Both the position numbers and the translations under genes were made by a program. From the IMG/VR virus record IMGVR_UViG_3300043409_001318, positions 120,353 through 184,352 of that record: a DNA stretch of 64,000 bases; one strand, written 5' to 3'. The notes under the pieces are model-generated. The model saw only the letters and a list, made by a program, of their open reading frames with translations. It was not told the origin of the DNA and did not search any database. How positions within the stretch are numbered: the first letter of the stretch is position 1; each line of letters opens with the position of its first letter. This DNA comes from a virus. This document shows positions 37,640 to 46,355 of this stretch, piece by piece.

Positions 37640-38920
37640 ATGAGTAGATTTGGTTGGGCTTATGTTAATGATGTTATAACTGGCTCTGGTGGAACACCCG
37701 GAGGAACTGATAAAGCAATTCAATTTGCTTCTGGTTCTACTTTCAGCGGCTCAACTAATTTTACTTTTGATTATACAACAAATACAGTAAGATTAACTGG
37801 AACTTTACATGCTGATAATTTAATTGTATCTTCATCAACAATCTTTAAATCTGGTTCAACTAAATTTGGTGATGATCCAACAGACACACACCAATTTACT
37901 GGTTCTGTTCTTGTTTCTGGTTCACTAACAGCAACAAACACAATAACAGCAACATCAGCATCATTTTTAGATTACGTCCAATTAGGAACTTCTTTAAGTG
38001 ATGAAGTTTATTTTAATGCTAGTTCAAAAACAAATATTCAACCAGCAACAACAAATGACGTAGATCTTGGTGCTTCATCAAGATTTTGGAGAACTGGTTA
38101 TATAACAACCTTATCTTCTTCCGCTATTTCTTCTTCTGTTAGCGTAAAGACAGGAGAGATAACAGCAACTGCTATTGTTTTAAATGGTAATCTTTCCAGT
38201 TCTGGTAACATAAACGGCTCTGGATTACAAATATCTGGTGGTGGTTCTTTTGGATCAAATGTTACTGTAACTGGCTCAATATCATCCTCAGCCAATTTAC
38301 AAACTGCTGGTGATGTTACAGCAGGAATGAATTTAACAATAAATAATTTTGCTATTATTAAAAATGGTTTAACAGTAACTGGTAGTTCTATTATTACTGG
38401 TAGTCTGACTGTAATAGGTATTATGTCTGCTAGTTCTATTAGTGGTGATGGAAACAATATAACTGGTATTAATGGTGCTAACGTTAATGGTGTTGGAGAT
38501 GATTGGACTATTCAATTTAAAAATGGAGTAGGTGGAACTTTAACAGGTTCTTCTAACTTAACTTTTAGTGGAAGCACATTTATTTTATCGGCAAACCTTA
38601 ACGTAACTGGTGCAATTAAAGGTGGATATGCTACATATTCATCTAACACTTCCATACCAAACACATCTTATTTTGTTGGTTTAAATAGCGTATCTTCTGT
38701 TCTTACTGCCAGTTTAACAGGATCAATTAACTATCCACAAGGACAAATTTTAATATTTAAAGATGTTGGTGGATATGCTGGAACAAACAATATTTTAATT
38801 CAAGCAAGCGGATCAGAAACTATTGATGGTGCTTCTGGTGTTTCACTAACAGCAAATTCATCAAGTGTTTCAATTATATCAAATGGTTCAAATGGATTTT
38901 ATATAGTAGGAATAGTTTAA
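37640..38920 (+). CDS. Fibre protein with the shared C-terminal beta domain
   Basis: VTGS/ITGS beta-repeats; C-terminus YFVGLN...LIFKDVGG...TIDG. Confidence 0.65.
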   Translation: MSRFGWAYVNDVITGSGGTPGGTDKAIQFASGSTFSGSTNFTFDYTTNTVRLTGTLHADNLIVSSSTIFKSGSTKFGDDPTDTHQFTGSVLVSGSLTATNTITATSASFLDYVQLGTSLSDEVYFNASSKTNIQPATTNDVDLGASSRFWRTGYITTLSSSAISSSVSVKTGEITATAIVLNGNLSSSGNINGSGLQISGGGSFGSNVTVTGSISSSANLQTAGDVTAGMNLTINNFAIIKNGLTVTGSSIITGSLTVIGIMSASSISGDGNNITGINGANVNGVGDDWTIQFKNGVGGTLTGSSNLTFSGSTFILSANLNVTGAIKGGYATYSSNTSIPNTSYFVGLNSVSSVLTASLTGSINYPQGQILIFKDVGGYAGTNNILIQASGSETIDGASGVSLTANSSSVSIISNGSNGFYIVGIV

Positions 38921-38921
38921 T

Positions 38922-39089
38922 ATGGCAAAAGAATTAGTATTAATAAATAATGTTTGGGTCATAAGAACTGTTACCCCAACAACTTCGGAAAGAACAGTAA
39001 CTTATTCTTACGGTTCTACAATAACTCAAGCAGAATTTGGTTCTGTTTCAAATATAAATATAAGTTCAACAACAGGGAGCGTAGCATAA
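38922..39089 (+). CDS. Small 55-aa ORF not in the track (MAKELVLINNVWVIRTV...)
   Basis: ATG 1 nt after the upstream TAA and TAA 1 nt before the next ATG; fills the gap exactly. Confidence 0.7.
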   Translation: MAKELVLINNVWVIRTVTPTTSERTVTYSYGSTITQAEFGSVSNINISSTTGSVA

Positions 39090-39090
39090 C

Positions 39091-40074
39091 ATGAGTTTAC
39101 CAGTATTAAATTGGAAAGCATTACCATTAGTAACTTTAACGTCTGGCACAATAGGCGCAGTTATGAAAGGTATTTATGATGCTTTTACATCTTCCGTTTA
39201 TATAGATGGAAGCCCCAGAGTTACAGGTTCAGCTTCTGCTTGGACTTTCGCACAAGAACTTTCTGGTTCCACAGTTGAAGCAGTTTGGGGTATTGCTCCA
39301 ACTGGTTCATTAAATCAAAGAGTTGTTTTAGCTGGTTCTTCCAGAACTGGTTTAACTCCTTTTTTAGCATTTCCAGACACAGCATACGCTCCTGCCACAC
39401 TTTATACAAGCGTTGCTAAAAATGCTTCTACTTATACAACTTGGAATGGAGCTGAACCATTTAGTTCTGGTTCTTTCTTTGGTTATTGGAAAACTTGGGT
39501 TACTTCATCTGGTACTCCACAAATTGTAAGATGTTTAGAATCACAAGAAGCAATAGCAGTATTTATACAAAATACTACTGCTAATAACGTTTATGGTTCT
39601 ATTGCTGGTGCTATTCTTGATCCAGAGTCAACAGATACAGCAATTGACTCCGAGACAGATAATAGGCTTTATGGTATAGTTACTACTGGTACAAGTATTA
39701 TGGCTATAAATAATTCTGATATAGGTACAGCAGCCAATATGTTTGCTCATGGTACAGTAGCAGGAAATAATCATATGGGAATTTTTACTCCTAATACTGG
39801 TAGTATTAAAACAGTTGAAAAAAATACAAGATTAGGAACTATAATTATAGAAGAACTAACTTCAAGATCTGGTAGATTAGTAAAAATGCCAATAATAACA
39901 AAATTTACTGTATCTCCAATTAATTTTGCTGGAAGACTAAGAGAAATTTGGATGTTTAGAGATGCTATTATTGGTAATACCGTAACAAATGGTGCTACTG
40001 TAAACGGATATATCATAGGAAATAATACATCTACTATTGCTGATTGTGTTCTATTCTCAACAGGTTCAACCTAA
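39091..40074 (+). CDS. Putative fibre/adhesin structural protein
   Basis: Ser/Thr/Gly/aromatic-rich, in the fibre cluster. Confidence 0.55.
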   Translation: MSLPVLNWKALPLVTLTSGTIGAVMKGIYDAFTSSVYIDGSPRVTGSASAWTFAQELSGSTVEAVWGIAPTGSLNQRVVLAGSSRTGLTPFLAFPDTAYAPATLYTSVAKNASTYTTWNGAEPFSSGSFFGYWKTWVTSSGTPQIVRCLESQEAIAVFIQNTTANNVYGSIAGAILDPESTDTAIDSETDNRLYGIVTTGTSIMAINNSDIGTAANMFAHGTVAGNNHMGIFTPNTGSIKTVEKNTRLGTIIIEELTSRSGRLVKMPIITKFTVSPINFAGRLREIWMFRDAIIGNTVTNGATVNGYIIGNNTSTIADCVLFSTGST

Positions 40075-40262
40075 TGACCGAGCAATTTTTACAATTAGTT
40101 GTTGATTATCCAACTGCTGCTACTTTTATTCTTCCTTCTTACTTTGGAACAAGATTAGATTTCTCTTTAATAGGAGTATCATATTCTTTTCATCAACAAG
40201 ATTATATTGAGATATTAGATGCTGGTAATAATGTAATAGGTAGAGTTAAATTAACCGACTAA
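40074..40262 (+). CDS. Small 62-aa protein (MTEQFLQLVV...)
   Basis: TAATG coupling; the real start is probably 40074 rather than GTG 40044. Confidence 0.6.
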   Translation: MTEQFLQLVVDYPTAATFILPSYFGTRLDFSLIGVSYSFHQQDYIEILDAGNNVIGRVKLTD

Positions 40263-40276
40263 CCTATTTATAATTA

Positions 40277-41326
40277 ATGGCAAGACCTAGAAAGAAAAAA
40301 GAAGAAACTGCTTGGACGCAGCCCGCTCAACCTCCTCCTCCCTTATTTACAGGGGAGAAGGAGCGTAACCTTGTTAAGCAAGTTAATGACGAACTTATTG
40401 AAAGAGTTATTGGTCAGCAAATTGCTTATTTTTCTATTGATATTGATCGTTCTAACTTTCATCCTCTTTACGGAGAAGCAATAGAAAAAACTTATCTTCC
40501 TCCAATAAGAGTTTATGCTTTGGTTAAATGGGAAGGTCAAACACAATCATTCACACAAAATATTGGTATTGATAAAGCAACATCAATAGAAATTCACTTT
40601 CACAAAAAACGTCTAACAGAAGATCAAGATGTTTTTGTTCGTGAAGGTGATTTTGTTTTATATGGTGATAGATATTATGAAATTGTTAAACTTGATGAAC
40701 CAAAACAATTATTCGGACAGATAGAAAATAAATTTGAAATTGTAGCAAAAGGTATAAGAGCAAGAGAAGGATTGTTTAATCCACAATTTATTGCTAATAC
40801 TGTTCCAACAACAAGAGTTACAACTTCAACTTCATCTGGATCATCAGCACAAGGTAATTACTCAAACAACTATTCATTTAATAATCTAACAGTTGTAAAT
40901 GATTTAACTGTTGGAGGAAATTCTTATTTAGGTAATGGAGCAAATGATAGTGTAATAATAACTGGTTCTGTTTCTATAAGTGGAAGTTTATTATTAAATG
41001 GTTCACAAATTACTTTATCAAGTTCAGCGATAACAAATAAAACAATTTTAATTACATCAAGTTATTCAGTTGTAAGTGATGATTATTTTATTGGTGTTGA
41101 TAGTACCTACTCTGGTATAACAGTATCACTACCAACCTTAGCTTCAACAACAAACGGAAGAATACTATATATTAAAGATATAACTGGATTAGCCACTACA
41201 ATACTACCAATTACGGTATCAGCTTCTTCCGGTCAATATATAGATTTAGAACCATATGTTAAAATTGATGTAGACCACGGTTCAATAAGTTTATATAAAG
41301 CTTCAAATGGATGGAACTTGTTTTAA
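40277..41326 (+). CDS. gp14: Neck/head-completion protein (T4 gp14-like) fused to a fibre-type C-terminal domain
   Basis: QVNDELIERVIGQQIAYF, HPLYGEA, VREGDFV are gp14-like; the last ~95 aa match the shared fibre domain. Confidence 0.7.
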   Translation: MARPRKKKEETAWTQPAQPPPPLFTGEKERNLVKQVNDELIERVIGQQIAYFSIDIDRSNFHPLYGEAIEKTYLPPIRVYALVKWEGQTQSFTQNIGIDKATSIEIHFHKKRLTEDQDVFVREGDFVLYGDRYYEIVKLDEPKQLFGQIENKFEIVAKGIRAREGLFNPQFIANTVPTTRVTTSTSSGSSAQGNYSNNYSFNNLTVVNDLTVGGNSYLGNGANDSVIITGSVSISGSLLLNGSQITLSSSAITNKTILITSSYSVVSDDYFIGVDSTYSGITVSLPTLASTTNGRILYIKDITGLATTILPITVSASSGQYIDLEPYVKIDVDHGSISLYKASNGWNLF

Positions 41327-41736
41327 TGGGATATAAAACATATAAATCTACACCTAAATTTATAGGAGATCAACAAGTAACAAATGCTATTAAAGCTGAC
41401 TTTGTTGAAACAAATTTATTAAAAATAGATGGATTAATAATTAATAGAACGGTTGTATCTTCTTCTTATAGCATTAAAAGAAATGAATACTTTATTGGAG
41501 TTCATACCGAAAATGCAGCTCGTAGTATTACTTTAACCTTACCAAACGCTTCTGGTTCTGTTAATGGAAGAACTTATATTATAAAAGATGAAGGTGGAAT
41601 GGCTGATACTTATCCAATAGTAATTAATACTTTAAATGGTGATATAGTAGACGGAGAAAATACCTTTACAATTGACTCACCTTATGCTTCATTAAATCTT
41701 TATACAGACGGATTTCACAAATGGTTTATCTATTAA
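41326..41736 (+). CDS. Short fibre protein consisting mostly of the shared C-terminal domain
   Basis: TAATG coupling; YFIGVH...LTLP...YIIKDEGG...VDG. Confidence 0.65.
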   Translation: MGYKTYKSTPKFIGDQQVTNAIKADFVETNLLKIDGLIINRTVVSSSYSIKRNEYFIGVHTENAARSITLTLPNASGSVNGRTYIIKDEGGMADTYPIVINTLNGDIVDGENTFTIDSPYASLNLYTDGFHKWFIY

Positions 41737-41802
41737 ATTTTTGCTAACAACATTTTTTAATCTGTCAAGTGCTTTTGGAAAATAAGTTTACTAATTACTT
41801 TT

Positions 41803-41851
41803 ACGATGCATAGTTTAATCGTTTCGACTTTTAAACTATGTGTCGTTTTTT
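41803..41851 (+). promoter_or_regulatory. Long hairpin plus U-tract in the leader of the 41870 gene
   Basis: ACGATGCATAGTTTAA (41803-18) pairs with TTAAACTATGTGTCGT (41831-46), with two G-U pairs; followed by TTTTT. Confidence 0.6.
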
Positions 41852-41869
41852 ATTTGGAGAATAAAAAAT

Positions 41870-43669
41870 ATGGCTTATAAATTTCAATTAGGTAAAGCAA
41901 AACTTTCTGGTTCAGTTGAAACCACACAAGGGATTACCTCAAATGGTGGTCTTCTTGTTACTGGTTCAGTTGATCTTCCAGCCGCTTCAATTCAAACCGC
42001 AGAACTTACTGATCTAAATGTTACAGCAGTTAAGTTAGCTGCCGATGCAGTTGAAACAGCAAAAATTCTAAATGGAGCTGTTACAAACGACAAACTTGCT
42101 GGTAGCATAGCAAATGCTAAACTTAGCAACAGCACAATTTCTGGTAAAGAACTTGGTGCAAGCCTTGATACTCTTTCTGCTGCTACTAACGGTGGTCTTT
42201 CTACCTTCTCATATGATGGTAGCGGTGCTGTAACAGTCGCTTTAACATCATCAATTGCTGGTGCTGGTCTTGCTTATAGTGCTGGTGTTCTTAGTGTTGA
42301 TACTGCTGAAATAGCTGCTGGTCTTTCTGGCTCAGTTGAAGCTATGATTGGTGCTTTCGTTGAAGGTTCCGATTTCGTAACATTCGATGATGTAAATGGA
42401 ACAATTGGCGTTGATGCAGATAAATTCTCTGGTTCATTCAGCGCAGCATTAGCAACTAAGAGCACAACAAATCTTGCTGAAGGTACAAACCTTTATTACA
42501 CAGAAGCAAGAGTAAGAGGAGCTGTTGGTGCCGATGGTCAAGGTATACAATATGCTTCTGGAACTGGTGTATTCTCACTTGATCTTAGCGGTACAGCCCT
42601 TCAAAAAGATGCAAATGGTTTAAGAACCAACATCTCAGTCAATAAACAACCAGCATTCTCAAACGGTGACGTTCTTTTCGATAATGATAGTGGTGAATTA
42701 ACCTTCAAGCCAGTTGAGGAAGCATGGGTTAGACAACGTTTAAGTGCAGTAGACGCTGTTAAATATAACATCGCCTCTGGTTCAATTTCACTTCTACTTA
42801 CTGGTTCATCACTTTTCCAAAATGCTAGTGGTTTACAAGTACAACAAAGCTGGGTTAGAGATCAATTCTCTAATGGTGCTGGTCTTGATTACTCCGCTGG
42901 TGTATTCTCTGTTGGAACTGGTGATATCACAAATGCTATGTTGGCTGGCGCAATCGCAACCTCTAAACTCGTCAGCGACTCAGTAACCATTAACGGAACT
43001 GCTGGCGAAGTAACAGTTGTTGGTTCACCATTAACTCTTGGTGGAATTGCTACAGTAAGCCTTCCAAGCACAATCTCCAAGAATTTAACCTTCACTGGTC
43101 AAGTTACGATGGAAAACCTCAATATAACTGGTACTTTAACCACAGTTAACGCTACAAATCTTGAGATTTTTGATAGAAGAATCCTTATGGCTTCTGGCTC
43201 AACTGCTTTTGCTGCTGACGTTGGTATCGACTTTGGTTCACACGTTGGTCACGCAACATTATTAACTGCTGACGTAACTATGGGTGGTGTTGCTGGTGTT
43301 GATTCACTTTCTTCATCACTTCCATTAGTTGCACCAGCAGTTAAGGCTGAAACATTCTATGGTAACTTCGTAGGTGCGTCAATACTTGGTATAGAAACAA
43401 TATCTGCTGCAACAGCAGATATTTCTGCTAACGTAACAAGAGCTAACGCTGCATCACAAGTTCTTACTCTTCCAGCTTCGCCAGCAGTTGGTCAAGAGCA
43501 CAGAATTAAATGTGTTGTTGCTGATGCCTCAGACCTAGTTATCGTAATCAAGCCAGCTACTGGAGGAAAGATTGAAGGTGTAGTTAATGCACAAATCACT
43601 CTTGAATCATTCGGTGCAGCCGTTTCATTAGTATACGGTGGTTCAACAGAAGGTTGGATGGTATTCTAA
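41870..43669 (+). CDS. Long fibre protein with repeats and the shared C-terminal domain
   Basis: GGAG SD then MAYKFQLG at 41870; TTNLAEGTNLYYTEARVR fibre repeat; AVTNDKLAGSIANAKL repeats. Confidence 0.7.
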   Translation: MAYKFQLGKAKLSGSVETTQGITSNGGLLVTGSVDLPAASIQTAELTDLNVTAVKLAADAVETAKILNGAVTNDKLAGSIANAKLSNSTISGKELGASLDTLSAATNGGLSTFSYDGSGAVTVALTSSIAGAGLAYSAGVLSVDTAEIAAGLSGSVEAMIGAFVEGSDFVTFDDVNGTIGVDADKFSGSFSAALATKSTTNLAEGTNLYYTEARVRGAVGADGQGIQYASGTGVFSLDLSGTALQKDANGLRTNISVNKQPAFSNGDVLFDNDSGELTFKPVEEAWVRQRLSAVDAVKYNIASGSISLLLTGSSLFQNASGLQVQQSWVRDQFSNGAGLDYSAGVFSVGTGDITNAMLAGAIATSKLVSDSVTINGTAGEVTVVGSPLTLGGIATVSLPSTISKNLTFTGQVTMENLNITGTLTTVNATNLEIFDRRILMASGSTAFAADVGIDFGSHVGHATLLTADVTMGGVAGVDSLSSSLPLVAPAVKAETFYGNFVGASILGIETISAATADISANVTRANAASQVLTLPASPAVGQEHRIKCVVADASDLVIVIKPATGGKIEGVVNAQITLESFGAAVSLVYGGSTEGWMVF

Positions 43670-43710
43670 TCCTTATACTTTTGTATTTGGTTTAGTCTCA
43701 AACAAAATGT

Positions 43711-43746
43711 GGTGGCATCTTCTTCGGGGGGTGCCACCCTTTTTAT
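43711..43746 (+). terminator. Intrinsic terminator with cUUCGg tetraloop
   Basis: GGTGGCATCTTC-TTCG-GGGGGTGCCACC then CTTTTT. Confidence 0.85.
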
Positions 43747-43768
43747 TTGTTTAATACTATTTATTTTC

Positions 43769-45013
43769 ATGGCATTCAAATTTAATATAGGTTCACAAGT
43801 AATTGGCGATTTAGTATCAGCCGACGATCCACAAAGAAATACTAAAATTGATTTTGGTGATGATCAAATTAATTTTGTTGTAAGTGGAACAATAGTAGCA
43901 TCAATAACTTCAAATCAGTTTAGTGCTTCTTATTTTGCTGGTGATGGTTCTTCTTTAGCTAATATTTCTGGTGGAGGTGTTGGAGGAAGTGGAGATATAA
44001 CTTCCGTAACTGCTGGAACTAATTTAACTGGTGGAGGAACAAGCGGAGCAGTAACATTAAATTTAGCAGAAAGCATTTCCTTAACAACAATAACAGCTTC
44101 TAATTGGGTTGGATTACCACCTTCTATATCCAGCGATTTCTTTGGGGGACAATTTGGTGATGGTAGTGATGGTGATTTAACTGTTGTTGGAACTTTTACC
44201 GCTGCAAGAGAAATGCATTTTAATAATCTTACAATTCCAACAGGCGCAACATTTAAGCCAAATGGTCACCGTATATTTGTATCAAATACACTTTCTATTG
44301 CTGCTGGTACTTCCTTTAATGATGATGGAAATAATGCTACAAACCAAGCAGGCGGATTAGCTTTAGCAAGTAGAAATTATTTAGTAGCAGCATCTGGTCA
44401 AGGCAGTAATGGTATTGCTTTAACTGCTGTCAACTGGTCGAACGCAACTGCTGGTAGTAATTCTACGAACAGTTCCCCAAATAATTTAAATCAAGCTGCT
44501 AACGGCGGAAAAGGTGGTAACGTCACTCTTCGTAGTAACTTTGGTGGAGCAGGCGGAACAGCAGCACAAGCTTTATATAGTCAAAAATGGAATGGAGCTT
44601 GGCAGACAGCAAGATGGTCTGGTGGTGGGTTTGGTGGGGGAGCAGGAGGAGGAGGAGGCGCAATTAACGTTACAGTTCGCACATCTGGAACTTTTACTTC
44701 TGGTGGAGGTGGTGGTGGCGGCGGAATAGTTTGGATTGCTGCTAAAAATATCTCTAATCTTGGTCGTATCTCAGCAAACGGTGGAAAGGGTGCTGATGGT
44801 GTTCTTGCGGTAGGAACTGCTGAATGTGCTGGTGGTGGTTCTGGTGGAGGTGGAAATGTTTGTATTATCACAAAGACGGCTTTATCCTCATTAGGAACGG
44901 TTCAAGCTAACGCTGGTGTCGCTGGAATTTCTGCTTTTAATACAGGAACAGGGGTTGAAACAAATGGAACTACAGGTAATGCTGGTTCTCTTTGTATTAT
45001 TGTATTATCTTAA
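43769..45013 (+). CDS. Glycine-rich adhesin (resembles T-even gp38 polyglycine)
   Basis: Start MAFKFNIG at 43769, after the ACTATTTA motif; many poly-Gly tracts. The track's GTG start at 43709 lies across the terminator. Confidence 0.65.
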   Translation: MAFKFNIGSQVIGDLVSADDPQRNTKIDFGDDQINFVVSGTIVASITSNQFSASYFAGDGSSLANISGGGVGGSGDITSVTAGTNLTGGGTSGAVTLNLAESISLTTITASNWVGLPPSISSDFFGGQFGDGSDGDLTVVGTFTAAREMHFNNLTIPTGATFKPNGHRIFVSNTLSIAAGTSFNDDGNNATNQAGGLALASRNYLVAASGQGSNGIALTAVNWSNATAGSNSTNSSPNNLNQAANGGKGGNVTLRSNFGGAGGTAAQALYSQKWNGAWQTARWSGGGFGGGAGGGGGAINVTVRTSGTFTSGGGGGGGGIVWIAAKNISNLGRISANGGKGADGVLAVGTAECAGGGSGGGGNVCIITKTALSSLGTVQANAGVAGISAFNTGTGVETNGTTGNAGSLCIIVLS

Positions 45014-45034
45014 TAATATACAGGAATTATAAAA

Positions 45035-45229
45035 ATGAAAGTTGAAACAACTATTAAAACTCTATTAGCACCTAACTTAACACACGAAGAAGCAAAAACA
45101 ATAGCAGAGCAAGAAGGCTGTTCTGGTTATTATTTAATCATCCCTCCTTCTATGCAGGGTAGTGTAACAGAAGAAACAATATATCCTTTTGTTGTTTCTC
45201 AAACTTTTGAAGAGATAATAGGTGAGTAA
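45035..45229 (+). CDS. Small 64-aa protein after the adhesin
   Basis: AGGA SD; fills the gap. Confidence 0.6.
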   Translation: MKVETTIKTLLAPNLTHEEAKTIAEQEGCSGYYLIIPPSMQGSVTEETIYPFVVSQTFEEIIGE

Positions 45230-45262
45230 TTTAATTAAATTGGGGTTTTTCTAAACTTAGAC

Positions 45263-45270
45263 ACTATTTA
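45263..45270 (+). promoter_or_regulatory. Putative late promoter of the scaffold-capsid operon
   Basis: ACTATTTA upstream of a GGAG SD and ATG 45302. Confidence 0.65.
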
Positions 45271-45301
45271 TTTTTGATTATATATATTGGAGAACTCCTT
45301 A

Positions 45302-46330
45302 ATGTCTTCTTTGTTAGAACAAGCAATTATAGATGCTACAGCATTAAAAGAAGCTGCACTTAAGAATGCAGAAGCACAAGTATTAGAAAGATATTCAACT
45401 GAAGTAAAAGACGCAATAAAAACCTTATTAGAACAAGACGAAGGCTTTAATTCACCAGCAGCATCGGAGGGTTCGACCTCTGGTATTAATGGTGGAAGTG
45501 TTGGAGATCAAACAGAACAAGCTTATAAAGATGGACAAAAGATGTGTCCTTGTCCAGAAGATGGAGAACAAATTACAATTGATTTAACACTTGGCGATAT
45601 TGATGGAATGGCAAAAGATACTGGAATTAATCTTTCTGGTAATAATGGTTCTGCTATGTCCCGTGACGACTTTATTCAATCACAAGCAGCACAACTTCAA
45701 GAAGGCGAAGAATATGAGATTGATAAAGGAGAACTTTTAGATCTCTATGAAAAACTTACAGTAGATGCAAGAGTAGTTCCATATGGTAATATTGAATATC
45801 CAGCAAACACACTTGAAGTAGAATATGCAAAAGATATTGCAGCAGCCAAAAGAGTTCAACTTGAAGCAGAAGAAGAAGTTGAAGTTAAGGTTGAAGAAAA
45901 CAAAAAGCTTACAAGACAAAATAAAAATTTACAAGTTGAATATAAAAAACTTGAAAAGATTACTGAAGCACTTGCAAATAAAGTAGAAAATTACGAGAGC
46001 AAGATATCACAACTTAAAGAGAGGTTTGATCGTTTGAGTTTATCAAATGCTAAACTTCTTTTCACAAACCGCGTATTAAATAGTAACTCCTTGAATGAGC
46101 GACAAAAAGATAAAATTGTCGAAGCACTATCAAACGCAAAATCAGCAGATGAAGCAAAGACAATTTACGAAACACTTCAAAGCACCGTGCAGGGCAATAA
46201 CAAAGTTAATGCTCCAAAATCACTTAGCGAAGCAATAAGTAGATCTTCTTCAACTGTAGTTCAAACAAAGCAAAATGATACAGCAACTCCAGAAGTGGAA
46301 AGAATGCGTCGTTTAGCAGGTATTAAATAA
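45302..46330 (+). CDS. Prohead core scaffold protein (T4 gp22-like)
   Basis: MSSLLEQAIIDA; acidic and coiled-coil; many (L/I)xE sites; ends ERMRRLAGIK; directly before the MCP. Confidence 0.75.
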   Translation: MSSLLEQAIIDATALKEAALKNAEAQVLERYSTEVKDAIKTLLEQDEGFNSPAASEGSTSGINGGSVGDQTEQAYKDGQKMCPCPEDGEQITIDLTLGDIDGMAKDTGINLSGNNGSAMSRDDFIQSQAAQLQEGEEYEIDKGELLDLYEKLTVDARVVPYGNIEYPANTLEVEYAKDIAAAKRVQLEAEEEVEVKVEENKKLTRQNKNLQVEYKKLEKITEALANKVENYESKISQLKERFDRLSLSNAKLLFTNRVLNSNSLNERQKDKIVEALSNAKSADEAKTIYETLQSTVQGNNKVNAPKSLSEAISRSSSTVVQTKQNDTATPEVERMRRLAGIK

Positions 46331-46355
46331 ATAAACATTTAAGGAGTTTATAATT

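Noticed and set aside
41740-41768. Perfect TTGACA on the minus strand in an intergenic region
   Set aside because: No acceptable -10 at 16-18 nt (best is TAGCAA).
37640-45013. Diversity-generating retroelement or invertible fibre cassette
   Set aside because: No reverse transcriptase or recombinase, and no near-identical template/variable repeats or inverted repeats; the paralogs are diverged at the DNA level.
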